Position numbers and translations under genes: made by a program. A stretch of DNA of 64,000 bases from a virus (lineage: Duplodnaviria > Heunggongvirae > Uroviricota > Caudoviricetes): IMG/VR virus record IMGVR_UViG_3300028549_001428; one strand, 5' to 3'. Position 1 is the first letter of the stretch. Every line of letters starts with the position of its first letter. Positions 17,894-29,400 of this stretch are shown piece by piece. The notes under the pieces were generated by a model, which saw nothing but the letters and a program-made list of their open reading frames with translations, was not told the origin of the DNA and did no database searches.

Positions 17894-17923
17894 AAAAAAG
17901 CCCATGTAACAATGGGCTTTTTT
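17892..17923. terminator. Bidirectional terminator
   Basis: A-tract GCCCAT/ATGGGC T-tract between convergent genes. Confidence 0.85.
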
Positions 17924-17924
17924 G

Positions 17925-18164
17925 TTAGATTAATTTATACCATATAAATCCACAAGTCAGTAAAATAGAACCAAAAAATATAATTAAGAAAATAAAAAGC
18001 GATCCCCACCATACTAATTTTCGTATATTAAATTCATCTAACATCTCATTATATATACCAAAAAATGTAGCAATTATCATTAATTCATTAAGGATTGCCA
18101 ATAATGCCAATTGTAGAATATTGTAATAATTCTGTCCGTAGTCTCTATAAATCTTTTTTATCAT
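17925..18164 (-). CDS. Small membrane protein (2 TM)
   Basis: Two hydrophobic segments. Confidence 0.55.
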   Translation of the reverse strand: MIKKIYRDYGQNYYNILQLALLAILNELMIIATFFGIYNEMLDEFNIRKLVWWGSLFIFLIIFFGSILLTCGFIWYKLI

Positions 18165-18168
18165 TGTA

Positions 18169-18654
18169 TTAACCTATTTTATTTATATCCATTAACATAT
18201 CAAAACTCAAATTTTCCATGTATTCTATAGCATTGGGATTTTTGTTCACGATACCAATTCTTAGTTTATCAATAATAGCCATAGCATTTGAAGTTTCTTC
18301 ATTGTTCCATGTATTATTAGAAAAATCTATTCTTGATTCATACTCATCTAACTCCGATAAATCTAACGATCCTAATATAATACAATCCAATAAATACGAC
18401 AACCACATTTTTCGGAATAAGTTCTTTTCAGGTAATCTTAAATCGGATACAATGCCTATTTCTTCTGCTACTAACTGACTCATCAACTTTTTATTTTTTA
18501 GTATTTCTATTACTAACAAATAATATTTTCTATACTCATAATCATTAATTAAATCATTGTTATAAGAACCATATATAGATATCATATCATCTTTAGGTAT
18601 AAACCCGATATAATATAACTCACGGATAGCTAAGTTCCAAAATTTATCGGTCAT
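18169..18654 (-). CDS. Hypothetical protein
   Basis: 161-aa ORF coupled by TAATG overlap. Confidence 0.65.
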   Translation of the reverse strand: MTDKFWNLAIRELYYIGFIPKDDMISIYGSYNNDLINDYEYRKYYLLVIEILKNKKLMSQLVAEEIGIVSDLRLPEKNLFRKMWLSYLLDCIILGSLDLSELDEYESRIDFSNNTWNNEETSNAMAIIDKLRIGIVNKNPNAIEYMENLSFDMLMDINKIG

Positions 18655-19083
18655 TATTCACCTAATCTATACAACTTAATTATTTTACCAGCTCCAGAAT
18701 TTACATCGGCTCCTATGATTGCTAAGTTTTCTTCACCATCTAGGAATAAACATGCTTTATCATCAATATAAATATCAGCATAAATTTTTCTGCTTAGTTT
18801 AATACCTGGATATTTAGATTCATTCAAGTTCTCATTAATTGCATCAAACTCTAATCCAAACTGACGACACCATTCAACAGCATCATCCAAATCATGATCA
18901 TTATTAAATCCCATATCAGGAATACTAGAATTTGATCTGCATGTCCATAATATTAATTTATGTCCATCATTCCGCAATTCCTTTAGCATATTAATTAACC
19001 ACATTCTAGGAGTGCCAATATCAGGATAATTATTTCCAACACACCGTGCCATCAAAATCAACTGCAATTATCAATTTCTTCAT
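18654..19083 (-). pseudogene. HAD-family hydrolase interrupted by a 1-nt insertion
   Basis: MKKLIIAVDFDGT (ATG 19083) is out of frame with CVGNNYPDIG...LILWTCR...KIYADIYIDDK; one extra G at ~19044-19045; span 430 nt. Confidence 0.75.
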
Positions 19084-19140
19084 TTTTAGATCCCTAACAA
19101 TATATCTTTATATAAAAGATACTATATTTGCGAGGTAATT

Positions 19141-19416
19141 GTGTTAAGTATTGAAAATATATTAGATAAATATGATAACGTATATGTATGGGAAGATGGC
19201 GTAACACTAGATGTATGTCATGAAAATACATCATTTCTTGAGATACTTAAACATAGCAAATGCCTTGTATGTGATTCCAGTTTAATAACTGGAAATGAAT
19301 CTTTTATATCACATATATCAGATACGGTAAAAGGTGCTAAGATTAGATGTAAAGAATGTAATCAAAAATATTTTTTACATATTTTCGTGTCTATGAGTAG
19401 CGTTAGTCCAAATTAG
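19141..19416 (+). CDS. Small Zn-ribbon protein
   Basis: CLVC...CKEC. Confidence 0.5.
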   Translation: MLSIENILDKYDNVYVWEDGVTLDVCHENTSFLEILKHSKCLVCDSSLITGNESFISHISDTVKGAKIRCKECNQKYFLHIFVSMSSVSPN

Positions 19417-20284
19417 TTAAGAAATCAAGCGTTAGTGGATCGTTCTCTAACATTGCACTAAATAATTCAACTTGATCAGCTAAATATAGTATAAAACTTT
19501 CACCGCTATATTTATTTGCTGGTCTATCATGCTCTATATGTTTTATACCACTTTTCATATCTGGTAATAATACAACCTTGACACCGCTTAAATATGACTG
19601 AATACCAATAAATCCATCTTCACCACCCCAAGTACCTAAAAAATTACTGTGGAATACTTCATCGATTCCATAATATTTTTTATTTATATACTTGAGTAAT
19701 TTTATAGCCTTCAAATTAAATCCTATATTACAACTCCACGTAATTGCAGATGTTTTAAATAGGTCAATTGTAGAAATTATTTGTGGGGTGTTTCCTTTAA
19801 ATAATCCATATCTAGCTAAATTATTAACCACTTCTCTTTGATCTTTATAACCATGCTTTGATTCACGCCTTCTACCAATGGATACCATTGGGTAATTGGT
19901 GGAATGAGCTTCCATATGTGATTTAATTAAATCCTCTTGAGGAACACAATCACCATCTATGCATACAAATGAATCACACCCATCATTAATAGCATCATTT
20001 ATAGCTATATTTCGTCGATGCCCTGTTAAAAATAAACTTTGTAATGGTGTTATGTTTGGTCTACCTACGAATTCGGGTATTTCTTGTACATTATATACTT
20101 TATAGGTATTTTTTAACCCATTTTTAGTACATTGCTTCTTTACCTGTTGATATTCCAACGCTAATGGTCGATCCATCATAACATATACAATATAGGGATT
20201 AATGGTTAGATTTTCAATCGCAACCATCATTTTTTCCCAATATTGTGCTTGTTTATGTAGTGGTATAATTAGAGCAACTTTCAT
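19403..20284 (-). CDS. Glycosyltransferase family 2
   Basis: N-terminal LIIP, RN.AI, IDGDC (DxD), WGGED. Confidence 0.88.
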   Translation of the reverse strand: MKVALIIPLHKQAQYWEKMMVAIENLTINPYIVYVMMDRPLALEYQQVKKQCTKNGLKNTYKVYNVQEIPEFVGRPNITPLQSLFLTGHRRNIAINDAINDGCDSFVCIDGDCVPQEDLIKSHMEAHSTNYPMVSIGRRRESKHGYKDQREVVNNLARYGLFKGNTPQIISTIDLFKTSAITWSCNIGFNLKAIKLLKYINKKYYGIDEVFHSNFLGTWGGEDGFIGIQSYLSGVKVVLLPDMKSGIKHIEHDRPANKYSGESFILYLADQVELFSAMLENDPLTLDFLTNLD

Positions 20285-20301
20285 ACCCTAAATATACATT
20301 A

Positions 20302-23300
20302 TTACCCAAACATATTAGCAAAGGTTTCTGATATCTTTGTAACCGATACTTGAGTCGATACTGATAATCTAGGTCCCATTGCAGGTGTCCATAATTTTGC
20401 GGTTAGCATAGCACTATTACCAGGATCACCACCGTTACCTAATTGAACAATTCGACTACCCTCACTTATTACAGATACTATACTTAATCTTTCCCAATTA
20501 CCGTCACTAGTAGTAATCTCACCTGTCCAATCATTATCAACGCTACTCCAATACTTTCTACCTTTCATTAATATACAAGCAGAATTAGATATCTGTTCAG
20601 ATGTAGGTAAATCTATAGTAGATGGCCATATAACCATTACATTACCAGAACCAATAGAATAATAATACTGCACATCTTCAGGTAGTGCATAATTTGCTTT
20701 CTGTTGAATATCTGATACTAGTAATGTTAAATAACCACTAGATTCCGCATTCGCTCTCTTATATAATCCACTTATTTTTGGAGTATCTATATTTGTTCCA
20801 CTAAGTCCATCTATTACCATCCATCCATATAAATCAGAATATACAGTAACTAGTGGAGTATAACTACCTCCATTTACAGAATATTCAATTATATAATCAC
20901 TAGGAGTTGGATTGGCTTTAATATTTATTGTTGTACTGCATGACATAGTTAAATCAGGTGTATTAGCACTCTTTGAACCACCCCATCCAATATCAAATGA
21001 ATTAAATACAATTTGATATCTATAACCATTTTCTATTAGAATACCATCAGTTGAATTTCGTAAATTTCCTGATATATCACTTAAATTTTCTGGAACACTT
21101 GAATCAGATGATTTTCTCCAAAAAATATCGTAATCATAACCAGTAATTGTCATACCAACATCAATACCTGTACCTGCTATGGCTGTGTCATCCAAATTAA
21201 GCGAAATATAATGATCACCCATCGACATATACATTAATGAAGATCCGTGTAATGTGTATACAGTTGATGATAATAACGTATTTGGTGAGTTATATGAACC
21301 CCACTTAACTTTAGCAATATTACCACTTGTAACATAATCAACCACTAATACATCACCTGTATGTGGTGTGTTATCGGTTAATTCAAATGTTCTATCAACT
21401 AATGTAAGCGAGTTCGTAATTAACGCATTCGATCTGAATTGTACTGTGTGATGATCACATGCAATAACAGCAACATTAGTGCAATTAGTTATATAATTAG
21501 CATCACCAAGTATTATACCACAATTGGTTGCGCATATAATTTTATTATCATATCCACCAATAATATTACATTGACTAGTAGAAGCAATATAATTACGATT
21601 ACCACCAATAATAATTGCATCAGTTACGCCACTCACATAATGATCAATACCTCCCATTATGACAGTATTACTAAAGGAATTCATTGAAGCATCGGTAGTT
21701 GCTATTAAAGCACCTCTAGAACCCGACTGAACGATTCCATTATATGCAGATAATATAGAAATTGTGTTTCCGTAATATGCATTACTATTCACTGATCCAG
21801 CTATAAAACTAGTATCTATATTATTATAAGTATAATAAGTACTTATGGTTAGTCCTGTTAATGCATTAGGTGTTAAATTAGTAATTATAGTATCAGTACC
21901 ATATAACTTTAATTTAACTGTGTTAGTATATATCTGTCCAGACACTGATACTACTGTATATCTATTTAATGAATTACCAATAACAATATACCCAACAGCC
22001 GTTGAAGTATCTATAGTGGTTGCACATACAACCGTATCATTTGTATTAGATATAATAGAAGTAGATGTATTAGTTGTATTTATTACTTTTATAGTAATTG
22101 CATCTGTATTACTTGTATTAAAATTCACCTGTGTACTATTTTTATCAACAAAATATAAAAACTTATTAGGTACATCGATATCATATATTCTATATTCTTC
22201 TGTATATGAAGTAAATTCAGCACCTGTTAATTTTACTAATTGACCAATCTTAAAGTCAGTTATATCACTAACACCTAATCTAATAGTTGTTTTTGATATA
22301 CTATCAACGCTATTAGGTAATATATAGTATCCAAGCGATGAATCTACACTAGCCGATATTGAAGCATTTTCACTATGCCATATATATGAGTTAGTTGAAC
22401 TTTCAATTGAAACTGCTGTGCTATTATATATAGTTAAATTTTTTGTTGTGTATGTTGATGCTATTATATTTGCGAATGTTGATTTACCAATTGAGCTATT
22501 CGTAGATATTGATACTAACGCATCTGTGCTGTCGCCTATTTCTATGTAGGATGATAAATTTATTCCACTGTATTTACCACCATATATATAGGAAGTTGCA
22601 CTATTATTAATAGCAGAAAAATTACCATCTTCTATATATCCATATACAGAACCAAATACAAATGATCCATATGAGTCAGTAACATTTTTATAAATATAAT
22701 TATCATGACCACCAATTATACCACTTTCAATAGAATTATATACTGCGTTTTCCTTACCTGCTAATATGAATACAAGTAATGCATCAGTTCCTATTATATT
22801 TGAATAACCACCATATATAGACGAATTATATGCATCGTATATATAGTTATTATAACCATTTAGTATATTAGAATGTGCAGATGATGACATACGAGAGCTA
22901 TATCCACCCATAATAACACCATAATTAGATGTATCTAATGTATGATCGCCACCTAATACAATTGCATATATACTATCATCAACGACCGATGATAAAACAG
23001 TTCCATCATCTGATGATACAATGGAACCAATTCCTTCAGTATCTCGTATATGTTTTAAATAACATACTTTAGTTAATTGTTCATCTAATTGCTCAAATGC
23101 AAGTTGTGCTGTTGCTCCATCATCTATATAATGGTAGTCTTTATCTTCTAAATTTATCCAATGAGTTCCTGATACATTAGCATCAGTATTACCTAACAAT
23201 TCCAGCGTTGGAATTGATCTTCGTATTCTATTAGTTCCACCATCTAATGTAGTATCATATTCAAACGTAACTATATAATTAGTTTTTTCATATGTATCAA

Positions 23301-23424
23301 TAACAGCATCAGTAACTGGTGTTGTATTTATGATAAGTTCTCTATCAAGGTTTCTACTTAAATCGGTAATGTCCGATTCACTTAATGGCGCAAGTAGATG
23401 TATTCCAGCTAATTTTTTTCTCAT
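20302..23424 (-). CDS. Tail fibre/spike-like structural protein with beta-helix (GG..N) repeats
   Basis: Repeated S.I.GG..N units; late motif at 23449-23457. Confidence 0.7.
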   Translation of the reverse strand: MRKKLAGIHLLAPLSESDITDLSRNLDRELIINTTPVTDAVIDTYEKTNYIVTFEYDTTLDGGTNRIRRSIPTLELLGNTDANVSGTHWINLEDKDYHYIDDGATAQLAFEQLDEQLTKVCYLKHIRDTEGIGSIVSSDDGTVLSSVVDDSIYAIVLGGDHTLDTSNYGVIMGGYSSRMSSSAHSNILNGYNNYIYDAYNSSIYGGYSNIIGTDALLVFILAGKENAVYNSIESGIIGGHDNYIYKNVTDSYGSFVFGSVYGYIEDGNFSAINNSATSYIYGGKYSGINLSSYIEIGDSTDALVSISTNSSIGKSTFANIIASTYTTKNLTIYNSTAVSIESSTNSYIWHSENASISASVDSSLGYYILPNSVDSISKTTIRLGVSDITDFKIGQLVKLTGAEFTSYTEEYRIYDIDVPNKFLYFVDKNSTQVNFNTSNTDAITIKVINTTNTSTSIISNTNDTVVCATTIDTSTAVGYIVIGNSLNRYTVVSVSGQIYTNTVKLKLYGTDTIITNLTPNALTGLTISTYYTYNNIDTSFIAGSVNSNAYYGNTISILSAYNGIVQSGSRGALIATTDASMNSFSNTVIMGGIDHYVSGVTDAIIIGGNRNYIASTSQCNIIGGYDNKIICATNCGIILGDANYITNCTNVAVIACDHHTVQFRSNALITNSLTLVDRTFELTDNTPHTGDVLVVDYVTSGNIAKVKWGSYNSPNTLLSSTVYTLHGSSLMYMSMGDHYISLNLDDTAIAGTGIDVGMTITGYDYDIFWRKSSDSSVPENLSDISGNLRNSTDGILIENGYRYQIVFNSFDIGWGGSKSANTPDLTMSCSTTINIKANPTPSDYIIEYSVNGGSYTPLVTVYSDLYGWMVIDGLSGTNIDTPKISGLYKRANAESSGYLTLLVSDIQQKANYALPEDVQYYYSIGSGNVMVIWPSTIDLPTSEQISNSACILMKGRKYWSSVDNDWTGEITTSDGNWERLSIVSVISEGSRIVQLGNGGDPGNSAMLTAKLWTPAMGPRLSVSTQVSVTKISETFANMFG

Positions 23425-23464
23425 AATTCAAGTCCAATCTATTACAGATAGTTTATAAAAAACA

Positions 23465-23493
23465 AAAATCCCCCATATGGGGGATTTTTTTTT
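23465..23493. terminator. Intrinsic terminator
   Basis: AAAAATCCCCC-ATAT-GGGGGATTTTT. Confidence 0.85.
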
Positions 23494-26400
23494 AATCAGC
23501 ATCGAATTCGTAGTATTTATCTCTACCAGAATTTGAATCATTTCTGATCTTACCATCTGATATTAACCAACCTGCATTCAACCAATCCGTATTCATATCT
23601 TCATGCCAAGGAATATAGAATTGCGGATCTCTTGGATTTGGATATGTAAATATGTTATTAAGTACAGGATCTGCCATTACTCCACCTGTTCTTGCTTCGC
23701 CTGTAGGAATGTCAGTTCCTTCCATAGCACAAACAGCAGGTCGCATATGCCAGTATACCTTCCACATATGAGGCTGATACATAAATAAGTCATTATTAGC
23801 ATAGAATTCACCACCAAATACATTATTTGGAACTACAAAGTTAATACCTACAGGTGATTCCTTATTAGGTTCTAGTAATCTAGTGAATCTATATATATCA
23901 GCACCTTGTACATCCTGTGTATAATCCATTTCCTCTACTAGATTGCCAGTGGAATCATATGGTAATTCTTCGCCTAAGAATGGATAACAGAAACGATTTA
24001 GTTCCATTGCTGGCATTTCCCAATATCCAATATTACTTAATTGTTTAAATGCGCTATAAGACTCAGTACATATAGTATTCTTCCATAAGTAATCTAATAC
24101 TATATTACCATTAGAATCAATTGGATAAGTTCCATTTTCTATAGTATTTACAGTGCCTTCGCTAGTTGTATATTCAATTGGTACATAATCTTCAGTATAC
24201 ATTCCTGTTCTACCTGCAAATACCATTGATTTTTCTTTTTGTTCTAGTGCCACTGAACCAAATGTAGGCGTTAGATATGATGTAGGAGCCTGTCTATAAT
24301 CAAAAGGCAACCATCTACCTAACAATTCAGAAAATACGAATGACATCTTAATACGAGTGTAATTAAACTGCATTTTATTCAAATAGAATTCACGATCAGC
24401 TAAATAATTCATACCACTAACTGTTATAGCACTCTTTATTGTAGATGATATAGGCATTGTATTTGGATTTCCACTTTCAAAATACCACCATGATGGGTTT
24501 GGATCTTTTACAATCATATCTTCATGATTAGCTGTTATGTCACCAAACCATTCATCTACCTGACTCGATTGGATATTTATAGCTATTGATTGTGCATCAA
24601 AATAACCATTATCTCTACCTGGGCATAATAGTAAATCAATATCATCTGTTGTAAATCCATTTGCATTAGGAATTTTCAATTGTGTTGTATATTCACATAC
24701 TAATGAATTATCAACAGTATTGTAAACTTTCAACATGAATGTATTTGTTGCCTTTCGTGCAAAAATAGCTCTATAAGTAATTCCTTGTGTATATGTAGCA
24801 ATTCGAATATTGTCATATTCGTCCGTATGTCTAAATAATCTCTCATATGTGTTAGTCATATCATAGTCATACATTATAGGACTATCATTTTTTCTAACAA
24901 TAGCATAAATTCCATTTGCACCGCTACCATCTATTGGATTATTTTCAAATATCAATCCAAAATAAGATAATTCTCTTGCTGTAAAATAATTTACCATTGT
25001 TGGATCTGCTCTATGAGAACAGAAGTATAATGATTGGTCATCCTGTGGATTTATAAATGATTCTACAATAAATGTATCAGTAACCCCTGTGGTATAACGA
25101 TAGAAAGGATTCTGACTGGAACTGTATAATTTACCATCGCTTACATAACCAGTACCAACAGGTGTCCATAATTGACCTGATTGTGTTTCCCACCCATCTA
25201 ATGTAGACCAATTACATAACACAAGAGTTGACTCCCCGTTATTATCTGTAATGATTCCATTTTCTATAAGGGTATACATGCTAGTTTCATCAATCAATCC
25301 AGTCTCAGTACCAGGAACATCTTCAGGTATTTCGCTCTGGAATAATAGGAAATTATCATCCATATACATTCCATTATCATCAGATGGAGCCTCTGAATAT
25401 TCATTTAAATAATCACGTAGTGAATAACGATATATTCTTTCCGAATCTATTTCTGTTGTTACTTCTGGCTTGCTTAAATCAGTTGAATAACCAATACTTT
25501 CTACGTTACCTGCAACCATAATCTTATTATCATTATAAAATCTAAATGGCAATTTATTAGAATAACCAGCAACATAATTTCGAATAAATTCTTCGTTTGC
25601 TGTCTGTGTTTCTCTGCTATTTATAGAAGCAAACGCATCTTCATATCCTGTAGATATAAATCTAGTGGCAATCGGATTACTCTTTAAGCATTCAGCTAAA
25701 GTAGAGTTAATATTTGCATATACCCCACCTGCTGATATTGAACCATAATCAGTTATGTCAGTAATGTTTTCATTTACTGGTGTTGCATAATCAGTTGAGA
25801 ATACCTTTGCAAATGGTATCCAGTTTGCTCCGTGGAATTTCACAGTATCTTCAACAGTTGCACCATACTTATCAATATAGTATGCATTTTGCATCTGGCG
25901 TTGTGTTGCACTTGGTATCTGTATGAAAGAATCCCAAAAACGTCTTTTCACATCTGTTTTATCAACATAACTAGCAGTATCTTCAATAAATTGAATGAAT
26001 TTATTAGTTGAAGGGTATCCAAATGCAAATGATGGATACATAGTTGGAATTAAATTACCTACTACATATCTAGGATCAGCATTATTTTTATATTTGTCAG
26101 CATCGAAGTAATCTTCCATATGCAAATCAAGACTACTTGGCATATCATGGTATACATCAGTCATATTAAGATTTGTTTCATTGCTTGCATTATATATGAA
26201 ACTTGGCACATATATTTCTTTAGTGTCCCATCTACTTTCAGCATATACACCTGAAGTTGTCGAATAAGGGAGAACAGTAGAATCAAATACTAAAAATTCA
26301 TAATCAGTATCGGAATCAAAAAATGATGTTGGTACATATGAGTTGCCGTGATTTTCAGGCAATGATGCTACATATGATAATATGTTAGTCAATTGACTTC

Positions 26401-29400
26401 CATCAACAGAGCCATTTTCAAGTATAAATGGCGTATCATCTTCAGCTAATATAAATCCACCTAATTCATTTAATAGATATAAGTACTCATCTACTGGCTT
26501 TACAGTATTTACAGTTATTTTTGATGTTATAAAATCTTTTATCAAATCAATATATGCTACATTTGCTTGATATGTAAATGACCCAACTGTACTAATATCA
26601 TCAGTTGCCATTAATGTGCCTATTGTTTCAGGAAGTCTGATTTTAATGAGCGCATTTAATTGCTGTTGTGTAAATGATGGGGATAGACTAGATACATATG
26701 ATAATGGATTTGCATATACACTAAACAAGCCATTACTACCACTCTTAAATAGGGTATTAAATTCATTAAATATGGCTTTATTTCTCTTATATGTAACATT
26801 CGCAAAGCTACCAGTGGTTTCAGAGCCACCGCCAGCATTTACATTGAGCATGCTCCACTGTAACATTCTTAATTGAGGATCATTATCAATTCTCCACTGG
26901 AATGTACTTGTTGATGTTGGATATACGGTAGCTAATAGAACTCTTTTATCAACTTGTATAGCACCTGTAGAATCGGCATATGAAGTACCTACAATATTAT
27001 CAGCAGTAAATGCTTGATGATATATGTTATCGGTTGATGCATATTCAGCTTCTGGCATAGCACCAAACAATGCAGTGTTATATCTTTCGGTTAATCCATA
27101 TACACCAGCAGTTCCATGTACAGCAACTGCCTTTGTTATATAAATATTATCATTAGTTACCGATGAACTATAAGTTTCATCAACATCAAATTCTATTTTA
27201 GTTAATGTGAATATAGTTCCCCTAAATTCTTTATTATATTCAGATGCCGAAGATCCATCTATAGTAAATTTAACTGGTTTACACAATGTAATTATCTGTT
27301 TACCAGAACCCACGGTGGAAATTGTTATAGCAACATCGGATGATGTACTTAATTTAATACTTCCATTTGTTATAGAAGCAACTTTATATTTTACACCACT
27401 TGCTATTTGAGGTGAAGTTGTAGGTAGTGTTCCATCTGTATAAATAGTTAAATACTCACCAACTTCTATATCCTTCCAATTTGGCATATAAATTGAGTCA
27501 GCAGAAGCACTAATATTATCAGTGTCAATGCTAATAGTGTGCATACCATGTGGTTCAGTTGTTGTTACTGTTGCGACTGAGCCATTGGATACTATTCCAG
27601 ATACTGACATCAACTCACAACGTATATCTTGATAACCACCAAATACATACGCTCTTGGTTGTGTTACATAATTTTTATAACCACTCAATGAACCAACTGT
27701 ATTAAATGGGAATGAATTGGTATGAGGAACGATAGGCAATGAAATATCAATTTCAATTGGTGTACCATCTTTCAAATCCAATGGTGTTGGTAAGTGTATA
27801 AATGTTTTCTTTGATCTAATTTTTTCACTCTTGAATATATCATCACTATAATCAATCAACGAATTAGAAGCAAATAATTCGGTTAAGAATATGGTATCAG
27901 TAGTTGAAGCAAATGGAACAGGTATTAAATCATTATTATAATTTAAATCACTTAATAATTCAGCAGTGGTTTTTGTTAAGTGTGTAAATGTAACATAATC
28001 AATTTCTGCTGAATTTAAGTAAATATTTATTCCGTTTGCACCAGTAGCATCATATGATAAAGTAGTTGCTGTCCACGATCCCTTTGTAGCAATAGAACTA
28101 AGTGAACGTTTTTCTCTGGTCTTAATATAATATTTAGTTACGTTTCCAGTAACTGTCTTACGACATAATACTAATCCACTATGTAATGTTATCGAACTTA
28201 ATTCATCTAATGCTGTTGATACTTCAATATCATTGTATAAATCAAACGCTACACGCTGGATAGTAAATGTACCATGACCTGTACTCAAAGTAGCAACTTC
28301 GGAGTTATCTATATTTACTACCTTTATGGTATTTCCTGATGGATAACCAACCGCAATTTTGTACGTTACTGATGAACTCAATCCATTAGGAATACTTACA
28401 CCCATTGGGAAAATAAATCTAATGTAATCACCCTCGACAAATTCACCCACATCATCCAATTCAATATATGTAGAAGCACCGTAAGATATATTAGAAGCAA
28501 CAAAATTCTGTGAGTATATACCAACAAAATCAGGCGTATCTAAATTATTTATCAATGATATAGTATGTTTACCAAATACATTATCAGCACTCATATCCAA
28601 CGTAATATTATTATGGTATGCATTTTCTCTATGATACCAAACAGTGTCGATAGCAACAGGTCTAATATTAGTGTCTGTTGTACTCGATGTACCAGTAGCT
28701 GACATTCTCATTCTTTCAACATCAACAGTTAAGTCAACATGACCACCTGTTAATTGAGGCTCAACTTCACCAGCGTCATACTTGCTATTATAAATAAATG
28801 GATAATCCTTAACATAAGGGGATTTATCGTTATATCCATCTAATGTTCTACTATGATGATTTGTTAATCCCCATAAAGCAGTGCGTTTATATCTGGATAT
28901 CAATGTTCTCTGATTATTAACTTCGGTATTATTAAAGGGATCAATAGAACCCCAATTTCTTTCAGTACGCACTACACTATTTGGATTACCTAACCCAAAC
29001 CCATCTACGATAACTTCTTTATCGCTTATTTTACCAATATTTAATTTACGACCATCCAATAACCATCTAACGAATGCACCTTGATCTTTAAGATCACGAT
29101 TTGAACCAGCAAACTTACCAAATTCAATTGGTTGATTCAATTTGCTTCTCAAGAAATCAGCGGTTTCTTTAAGTGAATATCCATTTCTGTAATGTGTAAG
29201 TGGATTTCCATTTCTATCACTTAAATTACCATAATAACCAGCAACGTTGTCATTTTCGGTTCCGTTATATTTATAGAAATCACCAAAATAATTCCATGCA
29301 GAACCAGAATTTACATAATAAATTCCATTTTCATCAGCATCAGTCTGATTCAATAACAATACCAAATCACCGTTTACTGTCTGGTATGATGCTGTTGCAC

